Under the pieces are notes generated by a model. It searched no databases, had not been told where the DNA came from, and worked only from the letters and a program-made list of their open reading frames with translations. The translations under genes were made by a program, and so were the position numbers. Below, in pieces: positions 61,801 to 64,000 of a stretch of 64,000 nucleotides of DNA. Every line of letters starts with the position of its first letter. Position 1 is the first letter of the stretch. Source of the stretch: Tubulanus polymorphus (taxonomy: Eukaryota > Animalia > Nemertea); the NCBI RefSeq assembly GCF_964204645.1, contig NC_134031.1, positions 2,418,001 through 2,482,000 of the forward strand, written 5' to 3'.

Positions 61801-63648
61801 GAGTCAAATGTGGCCCACTTTCTCTCGTTACTAAACTGCTATCTAAACGATGCTGTGGCAAGAATGAGGCGAGTCACTTCCAGAACCAGTTAACATTCAC
61901 TAGCAGTAATTTGACCTGTACTAAAATTTGGGTACAGGCCTGGTCCGATGTTTTTGGTCGGGCCATAATTGGATCAGTTCAAGAATGCTTGTGTGATCGC
62001 GGCTTGATGATAATGATTATTAAAGGTACCATTTAATTAAAAGAAACCCACGATATCAATTCAAACATCTGTTTTTGTTATCGGCTAGAAGGATTTTACT
62101 CAAAATTAAAGAAAAAACAATAACAGTTGTTTTGAATTGATATTGTGGATTTCTGTTAATGATATTCATCAAGACTGTGAATAGTTTAAAAACATATTAC
62201 AGGTACCTACACTGATAGTGAGGGGATCACGAGATAAACATTTAGGCAAACTTTCGCAACGCAACTTAAAACATATGAGAAACAGTCGCGTTTTCGTCAT
62301 GAAAAACGCGCGACATTCGTGTTATTTGAATAAACCGTACGAATGGCATCGTCTGCTTCGTAGTTTCCTAGCGACTATTCAAAAACACGCGAATAAAATC
62401 AACTGATTCGTATTGTTGTAGTAAGGATTTGAATTTGGAAGTTTTGATTCTGTAGAAACCCTTCGTAGAACGCGGGCAGGGGCCTGTTTTATAGACCAAG
62501 GATTCCCCAGTCCCACAGTTCAGAGTTAACTGACTACTGAGAACTACTAAACTGAATCCAGTTTGTGAACAGGAACGATCCTCAGGTCAAATAACTCAAC
62601 TATCAAACTCAAAACTACTCCATATAAATGGCGCTAGATTTTGTCTTTTTGACAAAGTAGTAAATGTTAGCCTACCCCGACTAGGTGGTTTTGTGGTTTT
62701 TAGTAATGATCTTTCTTTTTTTTCACATCAAGTGAAATGTTATTCATCCTTTTCTTTATGATCTTATTTTCTTTTTACTTCTCTGCTTTGTACGTAGTGG
62801 GCATCCAGAAAATATTTTCCCCTTGAAAACACCTTTAAACTTCGTACCATCATCATTCTTATCTGCATTAAATTTCATATTACATGTTTAGAACGTTCTA
62901 AACTTAGTCCATTCCTATTTCAAAAGAACCAAGCGTTCACACCTGCAAAAGGTCTCTTCTAGATTGGGCCAAATTAGAACGTACTAACTAGTGATAGTGT
63001 GAGCGTGGCTTATAAATAGTGCGTGTACCAGGGTCGCCACTTACCATGAAATCAGGGAAAAAGTCTGGGAATTTCCTTTCCTTTCGAAAAAGCCAGGGAA
63101 TTTTGTAAAAAGAAAGAGCTAAAAATCAGGGAAAAGTCTGGGTAATACGTTGAGATTTCTAGATTGTGCGTATAATTAAACAGTTTCCATCTATGCTGTA
63201 CATATTTGACTGCTAATTGATTGTATTCTTTTAGCAGATCAAGTCAGGGAAAACAACATGCGTGTCAGGGAATAGTCAGGGAGAATAGTCAAATAAAAGT
63301 GGCCACCCTGATGTACATGTATGCATTTCAATGCTTTTAAGCGACATTGAAATATTAGGTTATCATTGAAATATTTCATGTTGGAAAAGGATCAAGAATT
63401 CAGGTATTTTGATGATTGTTCTGACGATTATTTTTTCATTATTTCAGGTACCGACGATGATCATACGAGGTGAGAACGACCATGACCTCGGTGAACAGTG
63501 TCAAGGTAACCTTCAAATGATGCCGCAACACGAGACGTTTGTCATAAAATCGGCCGGCCACGCGGCTTACATTGACGTCCCCGACGACTGGCATCGACTG
63601 CTTTTCAATTTCATGTTCGCGATCGAGAAACGGAAATTATCGACGTAA
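58889..63648 (+). CDS. ABHD14A: ABHD14-family alpha/beta hydrolase with N-terminal TM helix (ABHD14A-like), distal last-exon isoform, 345 aa
   Basis: Exons 58889-59059, 59638-59907, 60235-60394, 60832-61067, 63448-63648. TM GLIFTLACVVCSSSLIVYLIY; VLLLHGNAFSSENW; AVDVPGYGNS; nucleophile APSMAG; VPTMIIRGEND; GHAAY. A versus B orthology is uncertain; A is suggested only by the TM helix. Confidence 0.85.
59072..59241. mobile_element. pogo/Tigger-like MITE just after ABHD14 coding exon 1
   Basis: CAGTGAAGTCCGCTTAATTCGGAT ... ATCCGGATTAAGCGGTTAGACTG-TA. Confidence 0.65.
62203..62406 (+). CDS. Alternative proximal last exon of the ABHD14-like gene (346-aa isoform)
   Basis: TACAG acceptor, phase 0, VPTLIVRGSRD..NARHSCYLNKPYEWHRLL..stop; colinear paralog of 63448-63648. 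Confidence 0.82.
   Translation, partial: VPTLIVRGSRDKHLGKLSQRNLKHMRNSRVFVMKNARHSCYLNKPYEWHRLLRSFLATIQKHANKIN
63029..63310. mobile_element. hAT-like MITE (CAGGGTGG family)
   Basis: CAGGGTCGCCACTT...AAGTGGCCACCCTG; flanks GTGTAC / ATGTAC. Confidence 0.75.
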
Positions 63649-64000
63649 AATACTTTTATCATAGAATTAACTTTAAAGATTTCGGATGGGAGTAGGGTTT
63701 AAAATGCCCTATTTATACTCCTTTGTACATTATGCTTAAAATGTATGGACGGGCTGGGGTTAAATTCTCGAGCCCTTCACTTACCAATAGGGCACATCCT
63801 CATTCCAGAAATTGCCGAGGAAAAGGGACGTTTTTGGTTTTTTTAAAAAGGTTGAGTTTCACGCTCTCTTCATCTGTTAAAAAATATTGTAGCATCGGAA
63901 AACTTATTTCCAGCGTGTAATCTTTAGTAATTAATAGTAATGCGTACATTTCATCTGACGGAGAAAGTGTGAGGAAAAGGGGCGTCTTTATTTTTGTGAA

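Noticed and set aside
63628-63648. C-terminal KRKLST as an ER-retrieval signal
   Set aside because: Lysines are not at -3/-4 or -3/-5, and the C-terminus would be luminal in a type II topology.

Overview
AT-rich, intron-rich animal genomic DNA (an invertebrate bilaterian, probably lophotrochozoan; species not determinable). Four spliced protein-coding genes can be reconstructed exon by exon with GT-AG boundaries and consistent phases. Three lie head-to-tail on the minus strand: PSMC2/Rpt1 (11 exons, 433 aa), FoxJ2/3 (10 coding exons, about 464 aa, probably with a 3' UTR of about 7.5 kb) and SWT1 (20 coding exons, about 1330 aa, WW + Pro-rich repeat + PIN). The fourth is a plus-strand ABHD14-family hydrolase with an N-terminal TM helix and two duplicated alternative last exons. 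Between SWT1 and ABHD14 lies a 14 kb non-coding block with a 6.5 kb composite higher-order satellite and a probable spliced minus-strand lncRNA whose 5' part folds into a long G:U-biased hairpin. Many MITEs (hAT-, PIF/Harbinger-, pogo- and P-like), minisatellites and Penelope-type minimal hammerhead remnants are scattered through the introns. No tRNA, rRNA or CRISPR. Best leads: charge-swapped alternative catalytic exons in ABHD14, the hairpin lncRNA, and CTCF or B-box motifs at each head-to-tail gene junction. All coordinates were read by hand.
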